From Macrostomum lignano (lineage: Eukaryota), in the NCBI GenBank assembly GCA_002269645.1, contig NIVC01002532.1, forward strand, positions 1 through 64,000: a stretch of DNA of 64,000 nt. Direction: 5' to 3'. Of the stretch, positions 48,839-61,277 are shown piece by piece; position 1 is the stretch's first letter; the number at the start of each line of letters is the position of its first letter. Made by a program: the position numbers and the translations under genes. The notes under the pieces are model-generated. The model saw only the letters and a list, made by a program, of their open reading frames with translations, ran no database searches and was not told the origin of the DNA.

Positions 48839-51192
48839 TTTCTATCTATGCTTAACGTTTTGTCCTTTCTGTGTGCTAATACAAATAATTATGCTAGAGC
48901 AATTTACAAAAATTACCGAAGCAGATATTTCCAATTGCATGTTTAATCAGGAGTTTCAGTTATTTATAATTGAATTGTTTTGCTGTTAGCTTTTGCACTA
49001 CTGTTCTGTTTTTGACGCACAGATCTCTATGAAGACTCAGAAAATAACTGTTTTCAAAATGCAGAATTATCTAGATCTCTTTTTATTGCATCCGGGGCTT
49101 TCCAGCTCAGCAGGTGTGGGCAGGTAGAGCTGGGCCAACAGCAGTTTGAAACTGATAGCAGAAATTACTGTTAGCCTGTCTCCTCAAACACAGGGGCAGC
49201 TGAGCAAGTGCTGGCCTGGTTCGCAACCGGCTGCTCTCTGCCCCCCCCCCCCCCGACTCGGTCTCAGTTTGCCATCACGGTAGGAAATTTTGTGCAATCC
49301 TTATCTCGGATTGCCCGCATCTGCTCTAAGAAGATAGTTAATGATTCCCAAGGCACATACTATATTGATTAGTATTGTTTTGACATATTTACTGTGCTTA
49401 ATCTGTTGTCTTTGCCTGCTCTCACGCACCGAATTCTTGACCGAGTTTTTTGAACAAGATTTTAACGCCAGCTGCCCGTTTTGGTGCGTGCATAATCTGC
49501 ATAATTATTGTGACATTTGACTTCTGATGACCACTTGCTAATCACGTTACTGTCAGTAGTAAGTCCGCTCGGTCACCGGCTAGTGCAGCTCCAGTATTGA
49601 CTCTCTCACCGTGTTGAGCTCGCGCAACAACTGCACAAAATGCCAATGCCCTGCATACATTTGCCCTACTCATCGTAGCAATATGTGCGAATGATTTCTG
49701 TCTACTGTCGCAGTACCTTTTTTGCTCGAATGGGCCTTTTTAATTGTGAAACATTTATGAACATCTTTGATTTGCTTTCAATTTTTTTAATCAGCTCGAT
49801 ACCGCTTTGATTTTTCATCCTTTATCATAACAAATAGATTCCCAGTCCTGATCCATAGTTGTGGATTCGTGTTTGAACTTCTTTATCCTCGCTTTCATGC
49901 CTGACATTGTATGCTACCCAACTCTGTACACACCTGACAGCTTCGTTCTCCGTGTACTTTTGTCGGTTCGGTCCGCTAGCCAAGTTCAGATCAAGTATTC
50001 AATGTTGTCAGTGCCTATCGGAGTCTTTGTTCCGCTCTGCTGTCACTCTTTTTCCAATTCAATTTTAGCGGCGCACCAACATTTTCACTCAGATTTTATG
50101 ATCAACAAATTTGCTGTTTGTCCTGCTTTGGTCCAGTCGCGCTCCCGCCTTTTACTGCGTCTGTCGCTGTGCGCTGCTCACTATATACTACTGCTAGCAT
50201 TAATTTCCAATCAGTAGCATGTAGCGCGCATTGCTTGTATTCTGTCTGAGGCTGAGTTCTACCTGGCTGCGGCCGTCTGTGATACCTGGCTGTCTGTCCG
50301 AGCCTCCATCTCTGCACTGCTATTCGTTTCACCTTGAATTTCCCAAGCCTGTAATCCGCACACATTTATCCATAGCCATTTTAACCTGCGTGTCAGCAAT
50401 TTTACCGCCTGTCTGCTACTGATTTTCGGTTCAGGTATTCGCTGCGCTTTTGTCCGCTTTCTCTATGCGCAATTTTCACCTTAGACCTTCTAATCCGTTT
50501 GTTTATCTAGCCTGTTCAATCAGCTGATTTCTTACCTTTCCACTTCTAGCACTGTCTGATCCAGTTAATACAGTTGTGTCCTGTCCACTTTCTTTGGAGT
50601 GGTCGGAAAGTTTTGCTCAGCAATGGAAATTATCATTGAGCACAGTGCTCTCCGCCTTTGTCATTTAGTTTACATGGACACGGGACATAAATAACACAGG
50701 AAGCCGGGACTTTTTGATCCGAGGGCAGGCGAGTGTCAAAACCTTTGCTGCTCTCAAGCTGCGGCTCCAGCTGCAGTCGCTCACCGCCTAATCAGCGCTC
50801 AACCGCAGCGCTGCAGGGTAGGCAGCTGCTGATCGCTGCCGTTCAGCGCCCTTGAAGGCGGCCAGCGGCTGCAGCTCCGCCGCGGTGCACTTTTTGTATT
50901 TTAAGTGTCTTGGGGGGTGCAAGGCGCTGGCCGCTAACCACATTAAATAGCTAATGCACTACGCTACTCATAGTGGCTCTCGGCTGCATACAGGCGTGAG
51001 CAGTCTGAAACCCACCGGATGTGCCTGTACTGAAATGCCCCATGAATTCCAATCTCCCATCGATCGTTGCTTTCCATTGGGGAAAGCTCTGTAACTATTG
51101 GGTTGCAGAAACTGCTGCCTGCACTCCGAGGCCCTGTGCTCAATACGCATTCAAAGCATTGCGTCATCATCGCAGTTCAGTTTGCTTGTCCT

Positions 51193-53674
51193 TCAGTCCA
51201 GCGCCTCCGCAATGGTGTCCTGCTTGGCCACCTTGAGCCGGGCGAAGTGCTCAAAAACGACGTCGTCCGACTTTTTGGCCTCGCTGGAGCCGTCGACGGG
51301 CTTCGGATGGCTGAGGATCAGCGGCACCTCCAGCACCGCGTCCCGGCCGCCGAATCCGGTGAACACTCGGGCCTTCACCTGCGGACGGGGGGAGGGGCAG
51401 CTCAGGCGTGAGCGGGAAGTCGTCAGTTTGCATGCGGCTGTGCTGGCGCAACTTCAGGCGCACATTCCTACGCTACAACCGCAGTGCACGCACACTCAAA
51501 CAAGACTCAAACTATGTGCACCTGCCCTGACTTTCCCTCATCGCTGGGCAGCGCACACGGTGTTGTACTCACTCTACTTATCAGACTAATGTATCCGCAA
51601 TGCGAAATCGAACTCCATGAAAAAAGCAAAACTACCGCTGCACTCTGGCCTCTATAAAAACAGCGCATCTTTTACAGAAACACAAAAGAAACCCAGCCTC
51701 ATTAATCTGTTAGTTTGCAGCACGGTGTTCTAATAAAAAAGTCTGCAATACGATTATAAGCTGATTAAATTAAATCCGCGTCTCCCGTCAACTCACCACA
51801 TATTGCACGATGATGCCAATGTTCTCCTTGTTGCGGAAGTCCCGGATGAGGGTGGAGCTGGCCAGGTTCGTGTCCTGGTACTTCATCTTCCCGTCCAGAG
51901 CCACACCAGCCTTTCCGGGTTGAGGATATTTGGGAGGGGTGGGGAAATTTCAAACAAAAGCACTAAATGTACTTGAGCTGAAAGCGGATATGATGCAGTA
52001 CATCATGCTACATATACGCTCGCACGTAAAAGCTAATACCCGTCTAAAGGACTTCCAAGCAGCCTTGTGCAGCATGATTTTCAACTGCCGCACTGGTTCT
52101 CATGTAGAAATTAGGTTGAAAACAACGGATATGAAGGCACAGTGGCAGATCAGAGACCTGCAAAGCACCTGTAACCCCCCACTCTATAAAGCAGGTGGGG
52201 CAGCTCCCGCACCTTGTTGCGGTTGTCAGCCAGGTTGGGCCGCAGCTTGAACGTCTCGCACCAGCCAGCCTGTCCAGGGGCCAGCGGAAAGCCCTTCTCC
52301 ACCGACTCGCTGCAGATGACGTTCTTAATGGCCTTCTCCTTGAACAGCGTGATCTCGATGAGCTGCAGCAGCTTCAGGCTGAGGCCCTTCACCACGTTGC
52401 TTGAGTAGTTGTCGATCACCACGCTGACCAGCACTGGCTCGCCGTGGTGGTGCAGCTCCTTGGCCAGCGAGACCTCTAGCCGCACGCTGCCGGAGTGCAG
52501 GTGGAAGGCCTTGTTGATCTCCGCCAACGGCCTGCCGACCTCTCCGGGCTTTGGGGACACGCAGGTCAGCCGCCGGATGGCCATCTTCACGGACGAGTGG
52601 CCCTGCGGCTGGTCGTCTTTGCGCCTAGCAACGAACACCTGCACGTAGTATTCGACTCCGCAGGGCTCCTCCTCCTGCGAGCCGTCCGACACCGCCGTGC
52701 TCTGGATCATCAGCGACGGCGGGATGTCGTGCGGCAGCTGGAAGCTGAACGGATGCGCGTTCGAGAACTTCGACAGCAGGCTCGACTGCGGCGGACGGGA
52801 GTGAAGTTGATGACTGCGGTGAGCTCAGGTTTAAAGCGCTCATTCTCATCTCTCCCATTGTTCTCCCTATTCCCAGGGTCACCCAAGCCACAAAGTTGCA
52901 GGTTGCGGGGCCGCGGAACAGGGGGCGGAGGGAGGCAAGGGTCCCTGATATTTGAGAATACTGCTGATCTGCGATGGCACCAAATTGGCACAAAATATTG
53001 CGGTCAGGTCTGGGATCTGGGGACTCTTGCCCCCATAGGAAAACATTGCGGTCAGGTATGGGATCTGGGGACTCTTGCCCCCATAGGAAAACATTGCGGT
53101 CAGGTCTGGGATCTGGGGACTCTTGCCCCCATAGGAAAACATTGCGGTCAGGTCTGGGATCTGGGGACTCTTGCCCCCATAGGAAAACATTGCGGTCAGG
53201 TATGGGATCTGGGGACTCTTGCCCCCATAGGAAAACATTGCGGTCAGGTCTGGGATCTGGGGACTCTTGCCCCCATAGCAAAACATTGCGGTCAGGTCTG
53301 GGATCTAAGGAATCTTGCCACCATAGCAAAAAATACATCTACGCTCAATCAGCGCCAAGGCCTTGTGGACGAACCTGCAGCGGCGTGAGCTTCTTGGCTG
53401 GCGTCTCACTCGGGTAGACCTGCGTGGCGGCGAAGAAGAAGTCCTTCTTGAACGAGACGCCGTTCATGACATTGTCCATGTCGCCCCGGCCGTACCGGTA
53501 CTCGCACTTGATGTGCGCGAACACCTTCTTGTCCGGCCCGATCCCGGGGTCCACCAGCACCGCCCCATCGATCAGGTCCATGGTGGCCAGATCGTCGAAG
53601 TAGTCCCGCTTGCCCAGGTAGCAGGTCAGGCGGCTGTTCGAGCTGCTCTTTTTGAATATCGGCCGGCCCGACAT
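51193..53674 (-). CDS. ARRB: Arrestin (beta/visual arrestin family), ~390 aa, 4 coding exons
   Basis: Exons 53674-53375, 52785-52213, 51910-51797, 51378-51193. Motifs [57 protein letters not shown]. Exact orthology not determined. Confidence 0.9.
52992..53325. repeat. 48-bp minisatellite (~7 units) in arrestin intron 1
   Basis: Unit AAAACATTGCGGTCAGGTCTGGGATCTGGGGACTCTTGCCCCCATAGG. Confidence 0.92.
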
Positions 53675-54256
53675 TGTGGCTGCTTCTGCTGCTGCGGGCT
53701 GCCGGGCTGCTGGGGAGATTTCTTCTGCTCCTGTGAGCAGCAGAGCGCGCCCCAATTTTATAGCAAAGCTCCTCCTGGTGTCGAGTTTCTTCCGGGCTGC
53801 TGCCTCACATGCCCCACCTGCCACACCTGTGATCACTTTGACAGACGTTTCGATGCCTCCATCGGCTAATCCCGAACTCTGATCTGCGGCACCTCGCGAA
53901 GCAGCAGCACCCAAGTTGTGGGGAGAAACCCAACTGCCGACTGCAAGCTCGACATCTGATCTGGTGGCGGTGCTGCAGTTGCGTGACTGAACAACTCGAT
54001 GCGACCCAGGCCTCTGCTGCTGCTGCTTCCCTGCTTCTGCTTCTGCTTTGCGAATGAATGCTCTGCGCTTCTCTCTCTTTGACTGAGTTTATTTTTTATG
54101 ATAAGAGTTTTAATTATTGCTGCGCTGGCCCCGGTTGCGTGCGGCATCACGAGTTGCGGTGCGAATTCGCACTTAGTTGAGGAACGCGTGGCGGTGCAGA
54201 TCTTCTATGGAATTGCCTGTTCAATGGATTTCTGACGGATGATGTGCGGTAACTGG

Positions 54257-54930
54257 TAGATCGTGTTGGTGAATTGATGAGTGAGTGAATGAGAGGAGTA
54301 GATCGTGTGGGTGAATTGATGAGTGAGTGAATGAGAGGAGTAGATCGTGTGGGTGAATTGATGAGTGAGTGAATGAGAGGAGTAGATCGTGTTGGTGAAT
54401 TGATGAGTGAGTGAATGAGAGGAGTAGATCGTGTTGGTGAATTGATGAGTGAGTGAATGAGAGGAGTAGATCGTGTTGGTGAATTGATGAGTGAGTGAAT
54501 GAGAGGAGTAGATTGTGTTGGTGAATTGATGAGTGAGTGAATGAGAGGAGTAGATCGTGTGGGTGAATTGATGAGTGAGTGAATGAGAGGAGTAGATCGT
54601 GTTGGTGAATTGATGAGTGAGTGAATGAGAGGAGTAGATCGTGTTGGTGAATTGATGAGTGAGTGAATGAGAGGAGTAGATCGTGTTGGTGAATTGATGA
54701 GTGAGTGAATGAGAGGAGTAGATCGTGTGGGTGAATTGATGAGTGAGTGAATGAGAGGAGTAGATCGTGTTGGTGAATTGATGAGTGAGTGAATGAGAGG
54801 AGTAGATCGTGTTGGTGAATTGATGAGTGAGTGAATGAGAGGAGTAGATCGTGTTGGTGAATTGATGAGTGAGTGAATGAGAGGAGTAGATCGTGTGAGT
54901 GAATTGATGAGTGAGTGAATGAGAGGAGTG
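54257..54930. repeat. 42-bp minisatellite (~16 units) upstream of arrestin
   Basis: Unit TAGATCGTGTTGGTGAATTGATGAGTGAGTGAATGAGAGGAG. Confidence 0.95.
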
Positions 54931-55787
54931 GAATCCATTTAGAATTTTGATTTACTAGAATCAATTTAACCAAAGTTTAGAATTTTCCAAAGTTAAGGTG
55001 GCTCTGAATTCCTGTCGCAGTGGTGGAATTTCATTTACCTTATTTTCATAATTTTATTTAGATTAAGCATATATATGATGAGTTCCAATGCTCCATCAAT
55101 GCTTATCCAGTATGTGCTTTATTTTCATTAATTATAAGATCAATCTTAGACTGAGGCTTTGAAAATCGCATGAATTAATTTTTATCCCAGCGAAATTTCG
55201 AAACTCTACAATAATATCCAATTGCGATTCACTGCAGCTTGACGAATTTATTGGGAAATCACTCGATAGTCACGCTCAACCCCTGCTATTCATCTCGGGT
55301 GCAGGCCTGCTGACGCCTATCTGCGGCTCCAGGCTTTGCAGTGCAGAGCGGGGCCATGATCTGGCCATAAACCCAGCCCTGCACAAAGAAAGCCATAAAA
55401 CTTGGCCTCAGACTGCAGTTTCCGCCTCCCCCGGCCTGGGGCAGGAAAGTTGGCATGAGGCAGCACAGGCATCGATTTCTCTTCCCAGCGCTAACTAATT
55501 AGGCCTGGCTTTGAGGCTGAGTGATTCAGAATGAAGGGTTCAGCCAGTGTACACCCGCTGCGTACACTTGGGGATCTGGGTGGCGGTGAATGCGGGCAGC
55601 CTGGCGTCCTCACGGCCTTCCATCCATCATGCAGTGCTGGGCGGGCATTATAGAGAGCTGCAGAGTTGCGGGGGTCCGGCCGCAATTCCTAACCCAGATT
55701 ACTGTTGCTAGCTGCGTTCGGGTGAAATCATCTGCATTGAATTGCTGATGACTTGGCCACTTTAAATACCGAATTTCACTGTCAGAA

Positions 55788-57280
55788 ATGAGACTCACGG
55801 ATTGTGCTCAATTCCAGCGTCTGCTTTTTGGCCTGCCGCTGCTGCTTCTGCTGCAGCTCGGCTGTGGCAACTGTGAGTTCAGCTTGTTGTTTTTGACTAA
55901 ACTCCAGCACTAACTCTAAACCCAACTTAGAACGCGCTAACACCGCCTAACACCAAATACTATGGTACCCTCATATTAACGCTTCAATACCAGAAGCACC
56001 GTGCTTGAGTTCCCCGTCTGCGGGAATCACAAAAACGCTTCAAATTGTCTAGATGCAATACGCCCTAGTGATTTAGCATTGCACACCAAATGTCCCGTCT
56101 CACACGCCACAAAACATGCCGTCTCACACGCCTCAAAACACCCCGTCTAACACGCCTCAAAACACCCCGTCTAACACGCCTCAAAACACCCCGTTTCACA
56201 CGCCTCAAAACACCCCATTTAACACGCCTCAAAACACCCCGTCTCACACGCCTCAAAACACCCCGTCTAACACGCCTCAAACCACCCCGTCTCACACGCC
56301 ACAAACCACCCCGTCTCACACGCCACAAAACGCCTCGCCTCGGCAGGCCAGGACTTCTCCGTCGACACGATCGAGGGCTCGGACAAGAAGCTGGAGGTTC
56401 AGCCCCGGGCCATCGTAAACGCCACGAAGCCGAAAGGAGCCCAAAGTTTTCACTGCATTGTCTGCGACGACATGCTGGATGCCAACTGTGAGCCGTGGGA
56501 CGAGTTCAGCCACAGCAAGAATTGCTACGAGGATCCGCGCATTGACAAGAGCCAGGCAGTGGGCTGCAGGAAGATGGTGCAGCAAGGTGAAGGGGATTTC
56601 GCACTTTGCAACGCAAGCCAGTCATCGCATTCACTAATTACGCAGCAAATCTGGGTCACATGACTGCCTCAGATGCCAAGAAAACTTAGGGCTAAAAATA
56701 GCCAATAATTACATGCACAAAATAAAGTGGGGCAATGCTTCGCCAACTCTCGCACTTTAGGCAGCAGAAGTACATGAAGGCTTGAAGACACAGCGAGTCG
56801 GAGGCATCCAAAACTCAACGATTTCTCGCAAACTTTGGATTTTCGTATTTCAGGGCAAAAAAATGACAGGTATTTTAGTATTTCCAAGCCTTGATCGACA
56901 TGAGCCTTGCTGCAAATATCCGGATGAACTTGCGAAGCTCTTCTACTGCCCTGCTGCTCTATTGGGTTTCGGGCGCATGCCGCATAAGTGTCAGAAATCC
57001 ATAAAACCGAATCCTATGAATTGATATCCGTTTTAAAAGCGGCAGAAGACAGCAATTCCCCTGCATTCCAGTGCAAGGCCGGGTCTACGTCAGCAGGCAG
57101 TGCACCAACCTGGTGTCCGACAGCGTCCAGGGCTGCGTTGACCGGGTCGGCACCAAGAAGATCAAGGTGACCTACTGCCACTGCCGCGGCCGCCAGAACT
57201 GCAACACGGCTGCCTCACTGCGGGGCGGCCTGCAGCTGATGGGGCTGCCGCTGCTGCTGAGTCTGGCGGCTCTGTTCTGA
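55788..57280 (+). CDS. Quiver/sleepless-like three-finger (Ly6/uPAR) GPI-anchored protein, ~177 aa, 3 exons
   Basis: Exons 55788-55872, 56347-56586, 57072-57280 (both introns phase 1). Signal peptide LLFGLPLLLLLQLGCG; CIVC...C...C...GCRKMVQ...SRQC...GC..RVGT..I.VTYCHC....CN; hydrophobic GPI-signal-like tail. Confidence 0.85.
56085..56330. repeat. 24-bp minisatellite (~10 units) at the 3' end of quiver-like intron 1
   Basis: Unit CCCCGTCTCACACGCCTCAAAACA, ending just before acceptor ggcag| at 56346. Confidence 0.9.
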
Positions 57281-58365
57281 GCAGCTGCTCACTCCAATAG
57301 ATTCACTCGAGTGTTGAATATGACTGACAGGTCTCTGCTCTAATAAGTTTCTCTTTTATAACTTCCTTTAAACAGCAATAGCAATCATTTATCAATGCAT
57401 GTTATAAACTCGCCTTATGCTTTTATAGGTTTCCAAGTTCTTTAATTTTGTAGTAATAAAAATACCCTTTTCAACATAGCAAATGAGACAGCTAGTTTCT
57501 ATTCTGTATGCCGAAAAATGCCCACCCGATTCAGGTAAAATAACAAAATTCCAACAATCAAGTCTATTTACTCCACATGTTCAGTTTTTACTGATGATAA
57601 AATGACAACTCATTTTATAGTTTTATAATATTAGCAACATATATATAATACACCGTTTCTACTTGTGCTATTACTACACGTGATCTCAAACTACCTGACG
57701 AAGAGCAATCAGACATTTTACCCCACGAATACCTTGTACTCGCATCTACGAGTAGCTAGCAGAGCCTGTAGCGGTCACAAAGTACAGTAAAACTGCCATA
57801 CCTACCAGTACTGAAAAGTTTGCCGTCTTTTTTATGCCATTTCTCCTGCCTTTTACTGTCAATTCGCTAGTGGCTTTCTCAGTAATTTTTATAACAAATA
57901 TGCTGTTCTTTGCACATTACTGACAGTAGCACATTGATATATATATAACCTGTTTGTTCTTCGAATAAACAAAAATAAATAACAGATCAGTAAAGAGTGG
58001 ACTCGGGATTTGCTGACTGGCGTCAACACTGGATGCGAGGGAAATAAGCATAATTAGTCTGGGCTAAGCACGCAAGATAGACGTAGTGCAATACTCTAAA
58101 CTTCTAGTGCCATAAAACTGAGAAAATTTTCACGGACAAGCTGGGCTTTCCACCTCAAGATTAAAATAGAAAAAAAACAGCAAAAATTACAGAAGCCACA
58201 TCAGCCTGGTGTGGCTCACCACTAAAAGACAGACTTAGGCGGGGTTGGCTATCAGAAACCTCCATTTCTTAGAAACAAAAATATCAGAAGAATGTCAGAC
58301 TCGGAGATTCAGCGTTGACCTTCGCATGGCCCTGACAGGTGCTCAGCCAGGTGCTCAGCCAGGGC

Positions 58366-59019
58366 TCAGCGCAGCACCAGCAGCTCAAAGTCGTTGCTGC
58401 GGTGCTCCTTGCCGCCCCAGGGGAAGGAAGCGGCCTTGAATGACTCGGCGAAATAGCCGTAGACCCGGCTGCCGTTCACGGCGCCCCTGGCAATGAAGAG
58501 CGGCTCTCCGGTGTCGCTGCAGCCTCCGGCGATGGCGCCAGACGGCGGAGGCCCGGAGCCGTCGGAAGGCTGCCAGTCGAACGCCACGTGACCGAAGGAG
58601 TCGATGGAGGAGTCGCAGAGCACCTCGTACTCGGGGAACGAGAGCTCGGAGCCGGCGTGCGAAGCGTGGCAGCACTTGTGCCCGCGGGCGGCCTGAAAGC
58701 GGTGGCGCAATGCTTTGCGGTCGGATTCAACACTGGCTGCAGACTGCTGCCCTCAGTCATCTCAAAGTCATCTCACCTTGCCAGGCAGCATGTGGTAGCC
58801 ATGGTGCGCCCTGGCCACGAAGGTGCCGGCGGAGTCGCGGCCCTCGATGGCGCGGTCGGGAATCCGGCCACCTCGGGCTACCGGCACCCAGCTCAGGTAC
58901 AGCTGATTGCGGCGGCCCACGCCGAACTGCGCCTGCTTTGATGGGGACGAGTCTAGCGGTGGAGCTTTCTTGCAGTCACCGCTGGACTCGTAGCTTGGCG
59001 GTTGGCCTGGAGTGGACAT
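58366..59019 (-). CDS. DM9-repeat (DUF3421 / natterin-N-like) protein, two repeats; start codon uncertain
   Basis: Exons ~59019-58777 and 58692-58366 (AAG|gtgag ... ttcag|GCC). Repeat 1 LSWVPVARGGRIPDRAIEG..FVARAHH..LPGK..EYEVL; repeat 2 FDWQP..PPSGAIAGG..GEPLFIARG..FELLV. Confidence 0.8.
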
Positions 59020-59039
59020 TGCGGATGCTCGCATGCGAC

Positions 59040-59990
59040 GGGTGGATGGGGTAGACATTGTACATGCGGTGGATGCAGTGGACATTGCAGGCATAGATGT
59101 GGTGGACACAGATGTCGTGGACATAGTAGATTAGGTGGATGCAGTAGACATTGCACATGCGGTGGATGCAGTGGACATTGCAGACATAGATGTGGTGGAC
59201 ACAGATGTCGTGGATACAGCAGATGAGGTGGACATTGCAAATGAGATGGATATAGCAGATGAGGTGGACATTGCAGATGAGATGGATATAGCAGATGAGG
59301 TGGACATTGCAGATAAGGTGGATATAGCAGATGAGGTGGACATTGCAAATGAGATGGATATAGCAGATGTGGTGGACATTGCAGATGAGGTGGATATAGC
59401 AGATGAGGTGGACATTGCAAATGAGATGGATATAGCAGATGTGGTGGACATTGCAGATGAGGTGGATATAGCAGATGAGGTGGACATTGCAAATGAGATG
59501 GATATAGCAGATGAGGTGGACATTGCAAATGAGATGGATATAGCAGATGAGGTGGACATTGCAGATGAGGTGGATATAGCAGATGAGGTGGACATTGCAA
59601 ATGAGATGGATATAGCAGATGTGGTGGACATTGCAGATGAGGTGGATATAGCAGATGTGGTGGACATTGCAGATGAGGTGGATATAGCAGATGTGGTGGA
59701 CATTGCAGATGAGGTGGATATAGCAGATGTGGTGGACATTGCAGATGAGGTGGATATAGCAGATGTGGTGGACATTGCAGATGAGGTGGATATAGCAGAT
59801 GAGGTCGACATTGCAAATGAGATGGATATAGCAGATGTGGTGGACATTGCAAATGAGATGGATATAGCAGATGTGGTGGACATTGCAAATGAGATGGATA
59901 TAGCAGATGTGGTGGACATTGCAAATGAGATGGATATAGCAGATGTGGTGGACATTGCAGATGAGGTGGACATTGCAGATGCAGTGGACA
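59040..59990. repeat. 18-bp minisatellite with 36-bp higher-order period, directly upstream of the DM9 coding region
   Basis: Alternating GTGGACATTGCAGATGAG and GTGGATATAGCAGATGTG units, about 50. Confidence 0.92.
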
Positions 59991-60589
59991 TGTTTTCATG
60001 CTCGAATGCAGCCCTACATCATTATTGAAGAAATAAAAAGACAAGTCTAAGACTTCTGCTAAACAAATCCAACTAGGGCTGCAGCTAAGAAATAGCATTT
60101 ATATTATCGCTAAATTTGGATAAGATTTCGTATTTATTGAAAAATTACTAAGCCAAACGAGATACACTCCAGACAGCATCCCAGTTAGTTGCAGGAGCTG
60201 TCCGCAGTGTCCGCAGTAGCAGGATGATGGGGGAGAGGTCGCAGAGGTCTGAAATACTTCAATTCTTTTGTCACCTGATCCCGCTGAAGGCTCGGCAGGA
60301 CAAGAGATTGACTCGTACTAACAATAGTTTAGTACTGAGAATGAAGTTGCAAAAGGCATTCTTGCTTCTCATAAGCAATTAATTCACAGATGAGGCGCTT
60401 AGGAGGCTGCTCTGCGATGGTGGTTCAGTAAAGTTTTAAGAAAAACAGATTCAGAGGGTACAGAGCGACATTGTGAGGAGTTTGGCTTCTACAAATTTGA
60501 AACAAGGACCACAAATACCGTAAAGATTTGCCCTGGCTCAGCTTAGCTAACTAAACAATGTAACAGTCCGCTTGGCAGCAGTTTAATAA

Positions 60590-61026
60590 GTGATTCACTC
60601 ACTACTTTACTGCAATTCATTCATTCACCACAAAGTGTGATTCACTACTTTACTGCAATTCATTCACCACAAAGTGTGATTCACTACTTTACTGCAATTC
60701 ATTCATTCACCACAAAGTGTGATTCACTACTTTACTGCAATTCATTCACCACAAAGTGTGATTGACTACTTTACTGCAATTCATTCACCACAAAGTGTGA
60801 TTCACTACTTTAACTGCAATTCATTCACCAAAAAGTGTGATTCACTACTTTACTGCAATTCATTCACCACAAAGTGTGATTCACTACTTTAACTGCAATT
60901 CATTCACCAAAAAGTGTGATTCACTACTTTACTGCAATTCATTCACCACAAAGTGTGATTCACTACTTTAACTGCAATTCATTCACCAAAAAGTGTGATT
61001 CACTACTTTACTGCAATTCATTCACC
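60590..61026. repeat. ~39-bp minisatellite (~11 units) between IDH3A and the DM9 gene
   Basis: Unit GTGATTCACTACTTTACTGCAATTCATTCACCACAAAGT. Confidence 0.92.
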
Positions 61027-61277
61027 ACTGATTTTGATTCACCCTATGCTTCAATTAAGCTCCGCACAGCGACAGCCCCAATGCGAGTTTATATCGCAGC
61101 AAAATAAAAATCAAAACAGGCTTCACACAAAATCCCACATAAAAGCAAAAGTAGAGCAAATATACAAAGACTCTATCGCTATGTGAGGTGTCAAACGCAT
61201 GAATTCGAGCCCACAGTCCCACAGCTGCCCAGCCACAGTCGAAGCCGCTCCCCCGAAACACTCAAATCGCCGGTGCC

